Below are positions 32,153 to 42,366 of a stretch of 64,000 bases of DNA, in pieces. Each line of letters starts with the position of its first letter. The stretch's first letter is position 1. Made by a program: the position numbers and the translations under genes. The notes under the pieces were generated by a model that ran no database searches, had not been told where the DNA came from, and saw only the letters and a list, made by a program, of their open reading frames with translations. The DNA is taken from contig JBFFUI010000002.1 in the NCBI GenBank assembly GCA_041571435.1, positions 76,266 through 140,265 of the forward strand. Reading direction: 5' to 3'. This stretch comes from Sulfurimonadaceae bacterium. Its GTDB lineage: Bacteria; Campylobacterota; Campylobacteria; Campylobacterales; Sulfurimonadaceae.

Positions 32153-32749
32153 TTATTTCTCTAACGGGTTCCCGTTGAGCATATACGTTTTTTTGTCTTT
32201 AAAGCTGATCGTCTTGTAGACCCACTTGTTACGCCAGTATTTCCACGTGTCATACTCAAGTGACGCCGTTGCATGCTTAGGCGGGTAACCGCGCGCTACA
32301 ATAAGTGCTTCCTTACTGATGCCTGCTTTGTAAAAACCTGCAAAATCATTGATGAAAGTTTGCTCGTTTTTTGTAAACTTTGAAAGGTTGACTTTTTTCG
32401 CACCGAAATAGAGTGGCAACAGCTCTTCGGTTTTTCTCATCGTGTATTTGTTGACATTAATGTACGTCAACTGGATACCCGGATGGGCCACCTCTTCAAA
32501 CGTGATCTCTTTTGACGACATCGAAATAATTTTGACTGCCGTATTGACCGGAATCTTGCGTCCAACAGAGTAGTTGATCCCGTTGATCTTTCCTTTATCT
32601 TCCCACATCGCCGTCTGCGTATAGACGGTACCGCTCATCTGCTTCGGTACTTCGACCTTGACTCCAGCAGCACGGCCACACCCTGAAAAAGCTGTCGCAG
32701 CGGCTATCGCTATGATCAGTACGGTTAACGGTTTGAACCATTGTCTCAT
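32153..32749 (-). CDS. Hypothetical lipoprotein
   Basis: Lipobox FSGC; AAGGAG RBS. Confidence 0.75.
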   Translation of the reverse strand: MRQWFKPLTVLIIAIAAATAFSGCGRAAGVKVEVPKQMSGTVYTQTAMWEDKGKINGINYSVGRKIPVNTAVKIISMSSKEITFEEVAHPGIQLTYINVNKYTMRKTEELLPLYFGAKKVNLSKFTKNEQTFINDFAGFYKAGISKEALIVARGYPPKHATASLEYDTWKYWRNKWVYKTISFKDKKTYMLNGNPLEK

Positions 32750-32934
32750 TTCGTCTCCTTGATAGAATATGACAATTTATAACAGGAACAATCTTCAGAT
32801 CATGTAAAAAAGTTGATTGCGGTAAAAGATTCTGGCAAATGGAACTTTTTCCTCTACGTATACACCGCTTGAATTGATGCATGTTTTACGATCTTTGCTG
32901 TATGATTACAGCAATATAAAAAGAAGGAAATTCT

Positions 32935-33387
32935 TTGGGTGAGACCATTGCGAAAAACAAAAAAGCCTATCACGATTACAGCATCGAAGAGAAGTTTGAA
33001 GCCGGTATTGTCTTAAAAGGGAGCGAGATCAAAGCGATCCGCGCCGGACGGGTCAACCTCAAAGACAGCTTTATTCGCATCGACGATGGCGAGGTCGTTC
33101 TCTTTAATGCCCACATCGGCCTTCTGGACACGACCCATCACTATTACCGCCATGAAGAACGCGGCGCGCGTAAACTGCTTCTGCATAAAAAAGAGATCGT
33201 CAAACTTGAGCGAGCGGTCCAACGTGACGGTATGACCATCGTGCCGCTCATCATGTACTACAACCACAAGAACATCGTCAAACTACAGATCGCTATCGCC
33301 AAAGGTAAAAAACTGCACGACAAACGTCAGGACCTCAAAGAGAAAGATCAAAAGAGAGATATCGCCAGAGCGATGAAGGATTACTAG
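32935..33387 (+). CDS. smpB: SsrA-binding protein
   Basis: [32 protein letters not shown]. Confidence 0.97.
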   Translation: MGETIAKNKKAYHDYSIEEKFEAGIVLKGSEIKAIRAGRVNLKDSFIRIDDGEVVLFNAHIGLLDTTHHYYRHEERGARKLLLHKKEIVKLERAVQRDGMTIVPLIMYYNHKNIVKLQIAIAKGKKLHDKRQDLKEKDQKRDIARAMKDY

Positions 33388-33392
33388 CGTTT

Positions 33393-33722
33393 TTACGTCA
33401 GCCGTAATGCTTGAAACAGTGTAATCCCGACAGCTGCCGTCGCCAAGGCGATCGCCGCATAGTCCGCCATCTTGATCTTTTTATAGATGGCGGAGAGTTC
33501 CGGGTCGTTCAGCTCTTCGAATTTTTTGGAACGGATATACTTAACGGCATTACGAAACGAGTCGTCTGCGAGCTGAATCCGCCATTTTGGTCTGCCCATC
33601 TGCTTATAAAGTTCGTTGTGGGCCTTCTCAAGCCGGTTAAAAAAAGCCTGCGTCACCAAGATCTGTACCAGCATGGCAACAATGAAAAACAGTGCTGAGA
33701 GCGTAAAAAGTGTATTAAACAT
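33393..33722 (-). CDS. Hypothetical membrane protein
   Basis: 109 aa, two TM helices, GAGGA RBS. Confidence 0.7.
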   Translation of the reverse strand: MFNTLFTLSALFFIVAMLVQILVTQAFFNRLEKAHNELYKQMGRPKWRIQLADDSFRNAVKYIRSKKFEELNDPELSAIYKKIKMADYAAIALATAAVGITLFQALRLT

Positions 33723-33905
33723 TAATCCTCTATGTTATTGGGTAGTAAAGCCGGTTCCGAGAAATACGGCATCTTGTTATATGCAAAGGCTGCATAATAT
33801 TTTGGTACATCATGATCACCAAAGTAGTCAACGGTTAAATGCCAATTATACTGGGATAGCATTAAAAAAAGATAGATGAATGTTTAAAAATTAGATGAAA
33901 GAGGC

Positions 33906-33923
33906 GACTGCCAAAAGGCAGTC
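33906..33923 (-). terminator. Terminator hairpin after rplS
   Basis: GACTGCC-aaaa-GGCAGTC just past the rplS stop, followed by a T-rich tract on the minus strand. Confidence 0.6.
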
Positions 33924-33932
33924 AGAAAGAAA

Positions 33933-34289
33933 CTACTTACGTAGCTCTTTGATACGCGCTTTTTTACCTGCAAGTTCACGTAGGTAGAAAAGTTTAGCAC
34001 GACGTACACGACCGCGACGAAGTACTTTGATCTCATTGATAGAATCAGTGTAGATCGGGAAGATACGCTCAATACCAACGCCGTTAGCGCCAATTTTACG
34101 TACAGTAACAGTTTGACCTGTACCCTGACCACGTTTAGCGATACATACACCCTCGTAATTTTGAACACGAGTTTTCTCGCCTTCTTTAATTGTTACAGCA
34201 AGGCGTAGTGTATCACCGGCACGGAATTCAGGAATAGTTTTCGATGCGATTTGTGCTGCTTCGAAATTTTCAATATACTTATTTCTCAT
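33933..34289 (-). CDS. rplS: 50S ribosomal protein L19
   Basis: [23 protein letters not shown]. Confidence 0.98.
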   Translation of the reverse strand: MRNKYIENFEAAQIASKTIPEFRAGDTLRLAVTIKEGEKTRVQNYEGVCIAKRGQGTGQTVTVRKIGANGVGIERIFPIYTDSINEIKVLRRGRVRRAKLFYLRELAGKKARIKELRK

Positions 34290-34980
34290 AAGATGTCCTT
34301 TTTTTGTGCTTTATCAGCTGCTCAGGTCTGAAAAACGAGGTCTTCGCTTCAGACATGGCATATTTTAGTGCGGAAATTTTACTGTGATTTCCCTTTATAT
34401 ATTCTGATGGAACCGCACTTCCCTCATATAAAGATGGTTTTGAGAACGATGGTGCTTCTAAAAGTGGCGTTTCAAAGCTCTCTATGTCGAGAGATTCGCT
34501 GTTGCCAAGGACACCGTCGATGTTTCGAGCGATCGCATCGCTCATCACCAACGACGGAAGCTCCCCACCTGTCAAAACATAATCACCAATGCTAAAGAGC
34601 TCATCCGCAAATGTCTCGATAACACGTTCGTCAATACCCTCATAACGACCACTTACAAAGGCAATATGACTTTTTGATGCCAAACGCTTGGCATCATTTT
34701 GCCGAAACGGCTTACCAACCGGAGTGGTAAAGATGATATGGACATCGCCCTGCTCTCTGAGTGCACTCAGTGCATCAAAAAGCGGTTGCGGCGTCATCAC
34801 CATACCTGCTCCCCCACCTGCAGCCGTGTCATCGACTTTCTGGTGTTTGTTGGTCGTATAGTCACGCGGATTGACAAAGTCGACCGTAAAAAGCCCTTTT
34901 TCTTGAGCTCTCTTGAGGATCGAATCCTGAAAATACCCCTCTATCAGATTTTGAAAGAGCGTGACGTAGGTAAAACGCAA
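34279..34980 (-). CDS. trmD: tRNA (guanine-N1)-methyltransferase
   Basis: [28 protein letters not shown]. Confidence 0.97.
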   Translation of the reverse strand: MRFTYVTLFQNLIEGYFQDSILKRAQEKGLFTVDFVNPRDYTTNKHQKVDDTAAGGGAGMVMTPQPLFDALSALREQGDVHIIFTTPVGKPFRQNDAKRLASKSHIAFVSGRYEGIDERVIETFADELFSIGDYVLTGGELPSLVMSDAIARNIDGVLGNSESLDIESFETPLLEAPSFSKPSLYEGSAVPSEYIKGNHSKISALKYAMSEAKTSFFRPEQLIKHKKRTSYEK

Positions 34981-34989
34981 ACTACTGAC

Positions 34990-35532
34990 CTATGAGGATT
35001 GCAAGAGATCGAGCGCGCCGGTAACGTCTATACGTCTGGCATCGACATCTGTGCTGAGAACAAAATGCGGCTGGTACGGGACCAGAAAGCTTTTACTCTC
35101 TCCTGCATTTACTAGCGCATCGTCGGTCGCGATACTCAAGTAGTCGGTTATAGCAATGCGCTCAACCTCTTTCACAACACCAAGCCGCTGGTTGTTTTCA
35201 TAGACCTCACAGCCTATGATATCAAACCAGAAGTGCTGGCCCTCTTCCAATTCACACTGTTCGCGTGTCGCTTCCATCGTTGTGAAAAGCTTGGTATTGG
35301 TCAGCTTCTTGGCACTCTCCATGCTCTCGTAGCCCTGGATCCTGATGGTCCCTCTGGCCTCGTTAACACTGTGGATAGTGAGTGTGTCTCCCTTTTGTGT
35401 ATAGAAGGTTGCCCCCGCTACAAACTGTTCAGGAAAATCACTTTTGTCATGAAACTTCATGTCACCGTGCAAGCCGACAGTGCGGCCCAGCGTAGCGACA
35501 TGAAGCATCTCTTTAATTGACGGCTTCGACAT
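34990..35532 (-). CDS. rimM: Ribosome maturation factor RimM
   Basis: GRTVGLHG, FWFDIIGC, PRC barrel; position in rpsP operon; start adjusted to ATG 35532. Confidence 0.93.
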   Translation of the reverse strand: MSKPSIKEMLHVATLGRTVGLHGDMKFHDKSDFPEQFVAGATFYTQKGDTLTIHSVNEARGTIRIQGYESMESAKKLTNTKLFTTMEATREQCELEEGQHFWFDIIGCEVYENNQRLGVVKEVERIAITDYLSIATDDALVNAGESKSFLVPYQPHFVLSTDVDARRIDVTGALDLLQSS

Positions 35533-35752
35533 TGATCCGGTAACTCTTACCGTCTTTGGCTTTACAGCCGGAGATAAGTGTCTTAATCGCACCAATCATC
35601 TTGCCCTCTTTGCCGATGAGCTTGCCTACATCGGCCTGGTTAGCATGTAAAACGATCTCGATCATTTCATCACCTTCATGTGCTTCTACCTGGATATCTT
35701 CCGGATAGTTCGCGATCATTTTGGCAAATTGAGCGACGAAATCAGTGACCAT
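35513..35752 (-). CDS. khpA: KH-domain RNA-binding protein KhpA
   Basis: DVGKLIGKEG; between rpsP and rimM. Confidence 0.9.
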   Translation of the reverse strand: MVTDFVAQFAKMIANYPEDIQVEAHEGDEMIEIVLHANQADVGKLIGKEGKMIGAIKTLISGCKAKDGKSYRINVEAVN

Positions 35753-35754
35753 GA

Positions 35755-35982
35755 CTATCTACCAGTGATTTTTTTAACGCGGTCACTCATTTGAGCACCA
35801 ACGCTTAGCCAGTAGTCAAGACGTTCATTGTCTACGACTAGTGTTTTCTCATCGTTCATCGGGTTGTAGTGACCGATAAGTTCGATCCAACCACCATCAC
35901 GACGTTTACGAGAATCTGTTACCGCGATACGGTAGAAAGGCTGTTTTTTACGACCCATACGAGTTAGTCTGATAACTGTCAT
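35755..35982 (-). CDS. rpsP: 30S ribosomal protein S16
   Basis: [24 protein letters not shown]. Confidence 0.98.
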   Translation of the reverse strand: MTVIRLTRMGRKKQPFYRIAVTDSRKRRDGGWIELIGHYNPMNDEKTLVVDNERLDYWLSVGAQMSDRVKKITGR

Positions 35983-36326
35983 ATTTGTTCCTGTGTATTG
36001 TATTACCCATTGCTGGTTACATCTGTCGTCAGAACATCATAAAGAAGATAGGGGGAAAGCGGTTAAAGAGAGTGCAAAAACACTATAGATAATACTTTCC
36101 TCTTACCGTCTGTATGCGGACGTACACATGTAACCGGCAGAAAGGTTAAAGAAAACCCCTTGCAGGGACTCTCTTTAAACTTTATCCGGTCACTTTCATC
36201 TTCTTATCACAGAGGTATTGTTTAAGAAAATGTAAATTGAAATGAAAGTATAGCGAAAAAAGCCAAAACTTCCAAGTTCAGTGATTACGCACCATTAAGA
36301 CGTCTGTCTTAGATGCGACTACAGCG

Positions 36327-37670
36327 TTAACGAGGGAACCCGCCGCCCTTCATCTGACCCATCATCGCCTGAAGATCCTGCATCCCTTTTTTACCAGAGA
36401 ACTTTTTCGCCATCTTCGCAGCATTTTTAAACTGCTTCAAAACGCGGTTGACCTCCACCTGGCTCATACCGCATCCGTTGGCAATACGCAGCTTGCGGCT
36501 GTTGTTGAGAAGGTCCGGATCCTCACGCTCTTTTTTGGTCATCGAACTGACCATCGCTTTGATCTGTTTGATCTCTTTCGAGTTCTCCATGTCAAAATCT
36601 TTGAGCGCTTTGGACATGTCGCCCATACCAGGTATCATCCCCATAATGGACTTCATAGAGCCCATCTTTTTCATCGCCTCCATCTGCTCTAAAAAGTCAT
36701 TAAAGTTGAACTTCCCTTTTTTGATCTTTTTGGTGAGCTCTTTGGCTTTTTTCTCATCGATGACGTTGGCTGTTCTTTCGGCAAGCCCTTCGATATCACC
36801 AAAGCCCATTAGACGGTTGACGATACGCTCCGGCAAAAAGACCTCAAGGTCTTCCATCTTCTCTCCGCTACCGATAAAACGAAGCGGCACTTCGACCTGA
36901 GAAGCGATACCAAGAGCAACCCCGCCTTTGGCATCACCATCATACTTGCTCAGGATGACCCCGTCAATACCGATCTGCTCTTTAAAGCTTGTCGCGGTTC
37001 GAACGGCATCTTGACCCGTCATCGAATCAGCGACATAGAAGATCTCTGAAGGGTTCGCAACATCTTTGACGGCTTTAAGCTCAGCCATCAGCTCTTCATC
37101 GATCGCAAGACGACCGGCTGTATCGATCAAAACGACATCATAAAGGTTTGCACGCGCCTGCTCGAGCCCGGCCTTGACCACCTCGACCGGTTTGCCCGCT
37201 TCATCAGCAAAGAGATCGACTTCGATCTTCTCGGTGATCTGGCGCAGCTGCTCCACCGCAGCTAGACGCTGAAGGTCAGCGGCGATGATCAGTACTTTTT
37301 TCTTCTTCTGCTCTTTCAGAAACGTAGCAAGTTTACCGGTTGTCGTTGTCTTACCGGAACCCTGCAGACCTGTCATCAAAATAACAGTAGGTGGGTTTGG
37401 TGCGAAGACGAACCCCTGGTTGCCCTTGACATCCAATATGGCACTGAGACTCTCACGCATTGCCTCGAGGAACTGATCCTTACCGATCCCTGCCATTTTG
37501 GTCTTGTGCTCGACCTCAGCGATCAGAGAACGCACAACACCGTGGTGTACGTCAGCTTTTAACAGTGACTTTTTAAGCTCGCCAAGGGCTTTTTTCAGGG
37601 CCTTTTCATCATCATGAAAACGGATCTTTTTTATGGCCGATGTAAACGAATCTGTCAATGTATCAAACAC
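36327..37670 (-). CDS. ffh: Signal recognition particle protein
   Basis: GLQGSGKTT, DTAGR, DGDAKGG, Met-rich M domain. Confidence 0.98.
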   Translation of the reverse strand: MFDTLTDSFTSAIKKIRFHDDEKALKKALGELKKSLLKADVHHGVVRSLIAEVEHKTKMAGIGKDQFLEAMRESLSAILDVKGNQGFVFAPNPPTVILMTGLQGSGKTTTTGKLATFLKEQKKKKVLIIAADLQRLAAVEQLRQITEKIEVDLFADEAGKPVEVVKAGLEQARANLYDVVLIDTAGRLAIDEELMAELKAVKDVANPSEIFYVADSMTGQDAVRTATSFKEQIGIDGVILSKYDGDAKGGVALGIASQVEVPLRFIGSGEKMEDLEVFLPERIVNRLMGFGDIEGLAERTANVIDEKKAKELTKKIKKGKFNFNDFLEQMEAMKKMGSMKSIMGMIPGMGDMSKALKDFDMENSKEIKQIKAMVSSMTKKEREDPDLLNNSRKLRIANGCGMSQVEVNRVLKQFKNAAKMAKKFSGKKGMQDLQAMMGQMKGGGFPR

Positions 37671-37870
37671 ATTGTCTCCTCAATGAATTATATGGTTCCG
37701 CAGTCCTACTGCCGGAATGAAGTAGCGAATTATAACTAAACATTACTTTGGAGAAACTCTGTCTGTTTTCCCCCAAATCAGTACTTTTTGACACTTATTT
37801 TGCAGAATCGTCTTTTCTTAAAAAAGATTTGTAAATCGCGGCTGTGCTATCTTTCGATAGGGTTGATCTG

Positions 37871-39946
37871 CTATCTCAAATACGACTGAATCTCTTTTTT
37901 GACACGTTCAAGCTCCGGCTGGTATTGGTTCATCAACGCCATAAGATCTTTTGCCTTGCCTTTCGATATGGTGGCATGGATTTTAGCTGTGATACTGGAG
38001 AGCTTGAGCGCGCCGATATTGGCAGCAACCCCTTTAACATCCAGACAGAGCTGTCGAAGCGCTTGCAGATCATCTTTGACCAACATACCGTTCATCTTTA
38101 TAGACGATTCGCTGTAAAGAGTTGCAAACTCCCGTAAAATGTCAAGATAGAGCTCTTCATCAAAACTTGCCATCTCAAAACCATCGCGGGCAGCAAGGGA
38201 GACCGTATTGAAAAACGCTCTGCTCGGAAAGTACTGCTTCTTGTCGCCGAGCAGATCATCTTTGCTCAAGTAGTAATTAAAAAGTGTCAGCAGCGTGGAA
38301 GGCTGTATCGGATTGGAGGTGACCTGATCAGCAGCAGAGCTCTCATCAGCCACGCCCTCTTTTGACATAACGATTATCGGAACACCTTTATAACGGTTTA
38401 GATTACGGATTTTCTGCGAAAAACGCTGCGTATCCTTTCTGTCAATCTCATCGCTTAAGAGAATAATGTCAAACACCGGCATCTTCGAAAACATCCACAT
38501 GCTCTCTTGCGCATTTTGGGCCAGCGTAAGATTGACACCCGATCGCCGTAATTGAGAAAAGAGCACCTGCTGATTGGCACGATCGTTTTCGATAACCAGG
38601 ATACGCCTGCCGCAGAACTCTTCAAACAGGTTCTTTTCCTCGCTCTTGACCGTTGGTTCACCACGCTGTTCAGATGCCTCGGCACTCTCTCCTGTCTCTT
38701 TCTTCTCTTCGAGTGTAATGATCGAGTTAAAGATATTGTCTATGGTTACCGGTTTGATCAGAAGATGATCAACCGCGCCTACTGGAAGCTGGTAGCCGAC
38801 GGCATCTTTGGCATGCAGGAGTGCCACGACATTGACCTTTTCTGCTCTTTTAATGGCCCGTATCTTCTCGACAGCAGAAAGTCCTAATGCATTTTTATCG
38901 ATGACAACCGTATGAAATTGCGTGATGACCTTAGGATTTGTAGCAAATTCGGATGAGCGAAGCAGTGTTACATCGTTTTTGAAATATTCATACATGCTCT
39001 GAATAGACTGTGCCAACATCCTGTTCTCGCTGACAATCAATATCTTATGGCCTGTCATATCGCGTGACGGGAGCCGGTACAGCCGTTTATTGTCAGGATC
39101 TGATTCTTTCAAAACGATCTCTATGCGGAATTCGTTTCTGCCAGCTTCATCTATATCCAAAGTGATATCACCATGCATCATTCGCGACAGCTCTCTGGCT
39201 ATGTAAAACTCAATCTGTGTGCTTTCATCGTAGTCACCGTCAGCAAAAGGGACAAAAAGAGTGTCTGGACCGCCTGAACTGCTGTTCATATTGCAACCCT
39301 GTACCCTGAACTGTACTTTTAAGCCCCGATCCACTTTTGTACTTTCAGCATGCAGCACGACCTGTGTCTCTGACTGATGATGAATGACATTGGACAGAAC
39401 ATTAAAAAGCAGCAAACGGATATGGCGTTTATCGCCGATCAGTTTTGGCGGAAGCCTCGGATCAATATCGAAGATTAGTTCAACTTTCGTACGGGCGGTC
39501 TGGGAACGAAGGCTTTTTGCCAGATCGCCCAGCATGTCATTAAGGGTAAAAGGTATCTCGTTAAGTTTTATCTTCCCCGATTTCATCTTCAGAAAATCGA
39601 CAAAATCCGCACTTAACTCAACAAAATTTTGCTCAGCCGCCTGTGCTTTATCGTCCTCTTTGAGAAGGTAATTTTCCAGTTCCTTTTGCAGTAGCGTACT
39701 ATTGGAACCCGCTTTAACATCGGGTGCGTTATCTTCACTTTTAGAATCTTCCGGCACAATTGTACTGTTTGCCTGAAGACTGGCTCTATCAAGTTCTGTC
39801 TCTGCCAAAACAATATTCAGCCGTTTGATCTCACGACTGTGTTCTTGGTTGATAATATAAAAGTACCCTGTCAAAAATATGAACAGTGTTAATATAAAAG
39901 CATAGATGAGTTCAAGTGTATCTAGCTGCAGATACTCTTCTAACAT
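37871..39946 (-). CDS. Degenerate hybrid sensor kinase homolog (TM-HATPase-REC-REC-Hpt)
   Basis: DFLKMKSGKIKL, LIGDKRHIR, IARELSRMMHG, two receiver folds, Hpt-like KGVAANIGA; catalytic residues substituted. Confidence 0.8.
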   Translation of the reverse strand: MLEEYLQLDTLELIYAFILTLFIFLTGYFYIINQEHSREIKRLNIVLAETELDRASLQANSTIVPEDSKSEDNAPDVKAGSNSTLLQKELENYLLKEDDKAQAAEQNFVELSADFVDFLKMKSGKIKLNEIPFTLNDMLGDLAKSLRSQTARTKVELIFDIDPRLPPKLIGDKRHIRLLLFNVLSNVIHHQSETQVVLHAESTKVDRGLKVQFRVQGCNMNSSSGGPDTLFVPFADGDYDESTQIEFYIARELSRMMHGDITLDIDEAGRNEFRIEIVLKESDPDNKRLYRLPSRDMTGHKILIVSENRMLAQSIQSMYEYFKNDVTLLRSSEFATNPKVITQFHTVVIDKNALGLSAVEKIRAIKRAEKVNVVALLHAKDAVGYQLPVGAVDHLLIKPVTIDNIFNSIITLEEKKETGESAEASEQRGEPTVKSEEKNLFEEFCGRRILVIENDRANQQVLFSQLRRSGVNLTLAQNAQESMWMFSKMPVFDIILLSDEIDRKDTQRFSQKIRNLNRYKGVPIIVMSKEGVADESSAADQVTSNPIQPSTLLTLFNYYLSKDDLLGDKKQYFPSRAFFNTVSLAARDGFEMASFDEELYLDILREFATLYSESSIKMNGMLVKDDLQALRQLCLDVKGVAANIGALKLSSITAKIHATISKGKAKDLMALMNQYQPELERVKKEIQSYLR

Positions 39947-39978
39947 CTTAAATACCGATGTGATTTCATTAAAACAGC

Positions 39979-41247
39979 CTATTTCTCTTGGTATAGTGAC
40001 ACTAGAAGGTCAAAGACTTTTTGGACCGTTACAGGTTTTGATATCTCGCCGTCGAGCAGCGCTATAGTCTTCTCGTCACTGTGTTCGAACATTTCGTTTT
40101 TGTTCAGAGAGACCGCTTTGATCACCCGTGTGGATTTGATTGCTTCTATCTTGGCGATAAGGTGTTTTGAGAAGTAGCGTTCTTGAAGGACAACAATATC
40201 ATAGTCGTCCAGCATCTCCAGTGCCGAAAAGAGCTCTTTTGATGACAGTATCTCCACCTCATTCTTGAAATATTCAAACATCTTTTGTATCGCCAAGGCT
40301 GAAGCATTGTGATCGTCTACGATCAGAACCGAGTGGCCTGTCATCGTTTTTGACGGGAGTCGATAGTGGCGCATTTCGCTTGGGTTGGGCATAAAGAGTT
40401 TGACCGTAAGCATTAAGGCACTGTCGTTTTCACCCACAGGCTCAAATGTCAGATCACCGTTCATCAGAGTGGCATACTCTTTTGCCAGGTAGAGTTCAAG
40501 ACCTGTCGGTGTCGTTCCTTCTACAAAAGGGGTAAAGATATCGAACTTGTCTTCTTGGTAGTTGTCTCTGGCATAGGGAATATCGAACTCAAGATGGAGT
40601 GCACCGTCACCCAGGTTCAACCGTTTTATCTTGACCTCTACAAGGTAGGAGCTGCTCTTTAAAACGACATTTCGTACGATGTAAAAAAGCGCATCGCCCA
40701 TACGTTCTGCATCACCGATAAGCTGTGAAGGGACATTCGCGTTAATATCGAAGATGATCTCAAAATTACGGTCGTCGATCGCATGCACTTTTGTCATCAC
40801 GGCATCCAAGACCGTGTTAAAATCAAAGGAACCTGTTTTGATCTCTACTTTTCCCATATTGAGTTCGACATAACGTCTGTAAAGAGAGGCGAAACCCTCC
40901 CTTTTTTCATGAGGGACTTTACGCTCGTTAAAAAGGCTTTCCAATGCAACATCCACCGGATCTCTCACCACCTCTTCCTTGTCTTCATCTTGAGGCAATG
41001 GTTTCTTTTTCTTTTTTTCCGGTTTCGTCTCTTCTTCAACAGGAATTGTTCGGCGTCTCTCGACTTTTGGGGCAAGGGTTCTCAATTGGCGCCGTATCAA
41101 AGGCATTATGATCAAAATCAAAATGACAACACCAATGATCTTCAAAATAAAAAGGTTCTCTTCGACACGTTGGTCTTGCAATGTTTGCTGGGCTGCGAAC
41201 AGTGCAGATGACAAAAATAAAGCGTAAAACAAAAGAAAAAACTTCAT
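39979..41247 (-). CDS. Degenerate hybrid sensor kinase homolog (TM-HATPase-REC)
   Basis: LIGDAERMG, GLELYLAKEYATLMNG, VLIVDD receiver; paralog of neighbour (shared YRLPS..MTGH, EYFKN). Confidence 0.78.
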   Translation of the reverse strand: MKFFLLFYALFLSSALFAAQQTLQDQRVEENLFILKIIGVVILILIIMPLIRRQLRTLAPKVERRRTIPVEEETKPEKKKKKPLPQDEDKEEVVRDPVDVALESLFNERKVPHEKREGFASLYRRYVELNMGKVEIKTGSFDFNTVLDAVMTKVHAIDDRNFEIIFDINANVPSQLIGDAERMGDALFYIVRNVVLKSSSYLVEVKIKRLNLGDGALHLEFDIPYARDNYQEDKFDIFTPFVEGTTPTGLELYLAKEYATLMNGDLTFEPVGENDSALMLTVKLFMPNPSEMRHYRLPSKTMTGHSVLIVDDHNASALAIQKMFEYFKNEVEILSSKELFSALEMLDDYDIVVLQERYFSKHLIAKIEAIKSTRVIKAVSLNKNEMFEHSDEKTIALLDGEISKPVTVQKVFDLLVSLYQEK

Positions 41248-41419
41248 GACTCACTTTCGTAACAGGAAGATCTCAAAAGAGCGTCTACAGCGCTCAAAGA
41301 GTGTCTTGAAATATTGGGATTTGCAAAAACCCATTTTTAATCATCAATCTTAACATACTCTTTTTTCATGTAACTTAAGAAGCGTCCGAAAATCCCGATA
41401 CTGCTTTTATCTGTGTCGT

Positions 41420-42343
41420 TTATGAAGAGTAGTGTGCAAAGATCTTCGGTTCATCTGCTATAAAAGTCTTGCCGAGAAGTTCGACTTTACGGGCATGCAG
41501 CATGACCCGTTTTGCACGTCTGCCGCCGTACTGTTCATCACCGGAGATAGGGAACCCGATAGAACGCAGATGACAGCGGATCTGGTGTGTTCGTCCCTCA
41601 CGAATGATGATTTTAACCTTTGAATATTTCCCCACTACTTCCAGTGGAATAACCGTTGTATGCGCTGGTTTACCCTTGGGAGAGATCTTTGAAAAGGCTT
41701 TGTTGTGACGTTTTTCGGTCAAGATCGGCTTGTCGATCTCGGTCTCGTCAATAAACATACCCTCGACCCATGCGGTGTACTCTTTGTAGACTCTATTACG
41801 TTTAAACTCGCCGATCGCTTTGAGACGGTACTCTTCGTTTTTGACCAGGATAAGCACGCCGCTCGTCTCACGATCCAAACGGTGAAGCAGCTGTGTGCCG
41901 GGATATTGACGTTCGACTTCGTCCGCATTTAAAAAAGCCGGTTTGTCAACGGCAAGAAGATCCTCATCTTCATAGATCACCTTGGCCGTTGCGACCTCCT
42001 GGATATTGAAGGTTGTCTTCACTGGAAGCTCACCGCGAGCAACCGTGACCTTACGGTTCGCAACGTAGACCAATCCCCGGTCGATCAGGGCTTTTGCCTG
42101 CGAGTTGGAGATCGACTCCTGAAGGGCTAAAAGTTTATAGGCCTTCTCCATATGCTCACTGCTTTTTGCAGCGCCTTCTGCCATATACTCGTCACCCGCT
42201 GAAGCACTGCTCTTCTTGTCTGTTCTTTTGGGGCGTTTTGCGTCAGCCTTGGCAAACGCCTTAGCTCTAACCTTCGCTTTTGACTCGTCTTTTCTGTTTT
42301 TTGCACGCTGGTCAGAAGCTCTCTTTTTCTTGCTGTAATCCAT
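41420..42343 (-). CDS. RluA/RluD family pseudouridine synthase with S4 domain
   Basis: HRLDRETSG, GRTHQIR, GDEQYG. Confidence 0.93.
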   Translation of the reverse strand: MDYSKKKRASDQRAKNRKDESKAKVRAKAFAKADAKRPKRTDKKSSASAGDEYMAEGAAKSSEHMEKAYKLLALQESISNSQAKALIDRGLVYVANRKVTVARGELPVKTTFNIQEVATAKVIYEDEDLLAVDKPAFLNADEVERQYPGTQLLHRLDRETSGVLILVKNEEYRLKAIGEFKRNRVYKEYTAWVEGMFIDETEIDKPILTEKRHNKAFSKISPKGKPAHTTVIPLEVVGKYSKVKIIIREGRTHQIRCHLRSIGFPISGDEQYGGRRAKRVMLHARKVELLGKTFIADEPKIFAHYSS

Positions 42344-42366
42344 AATCTACCTTTTTACACTCGTTA

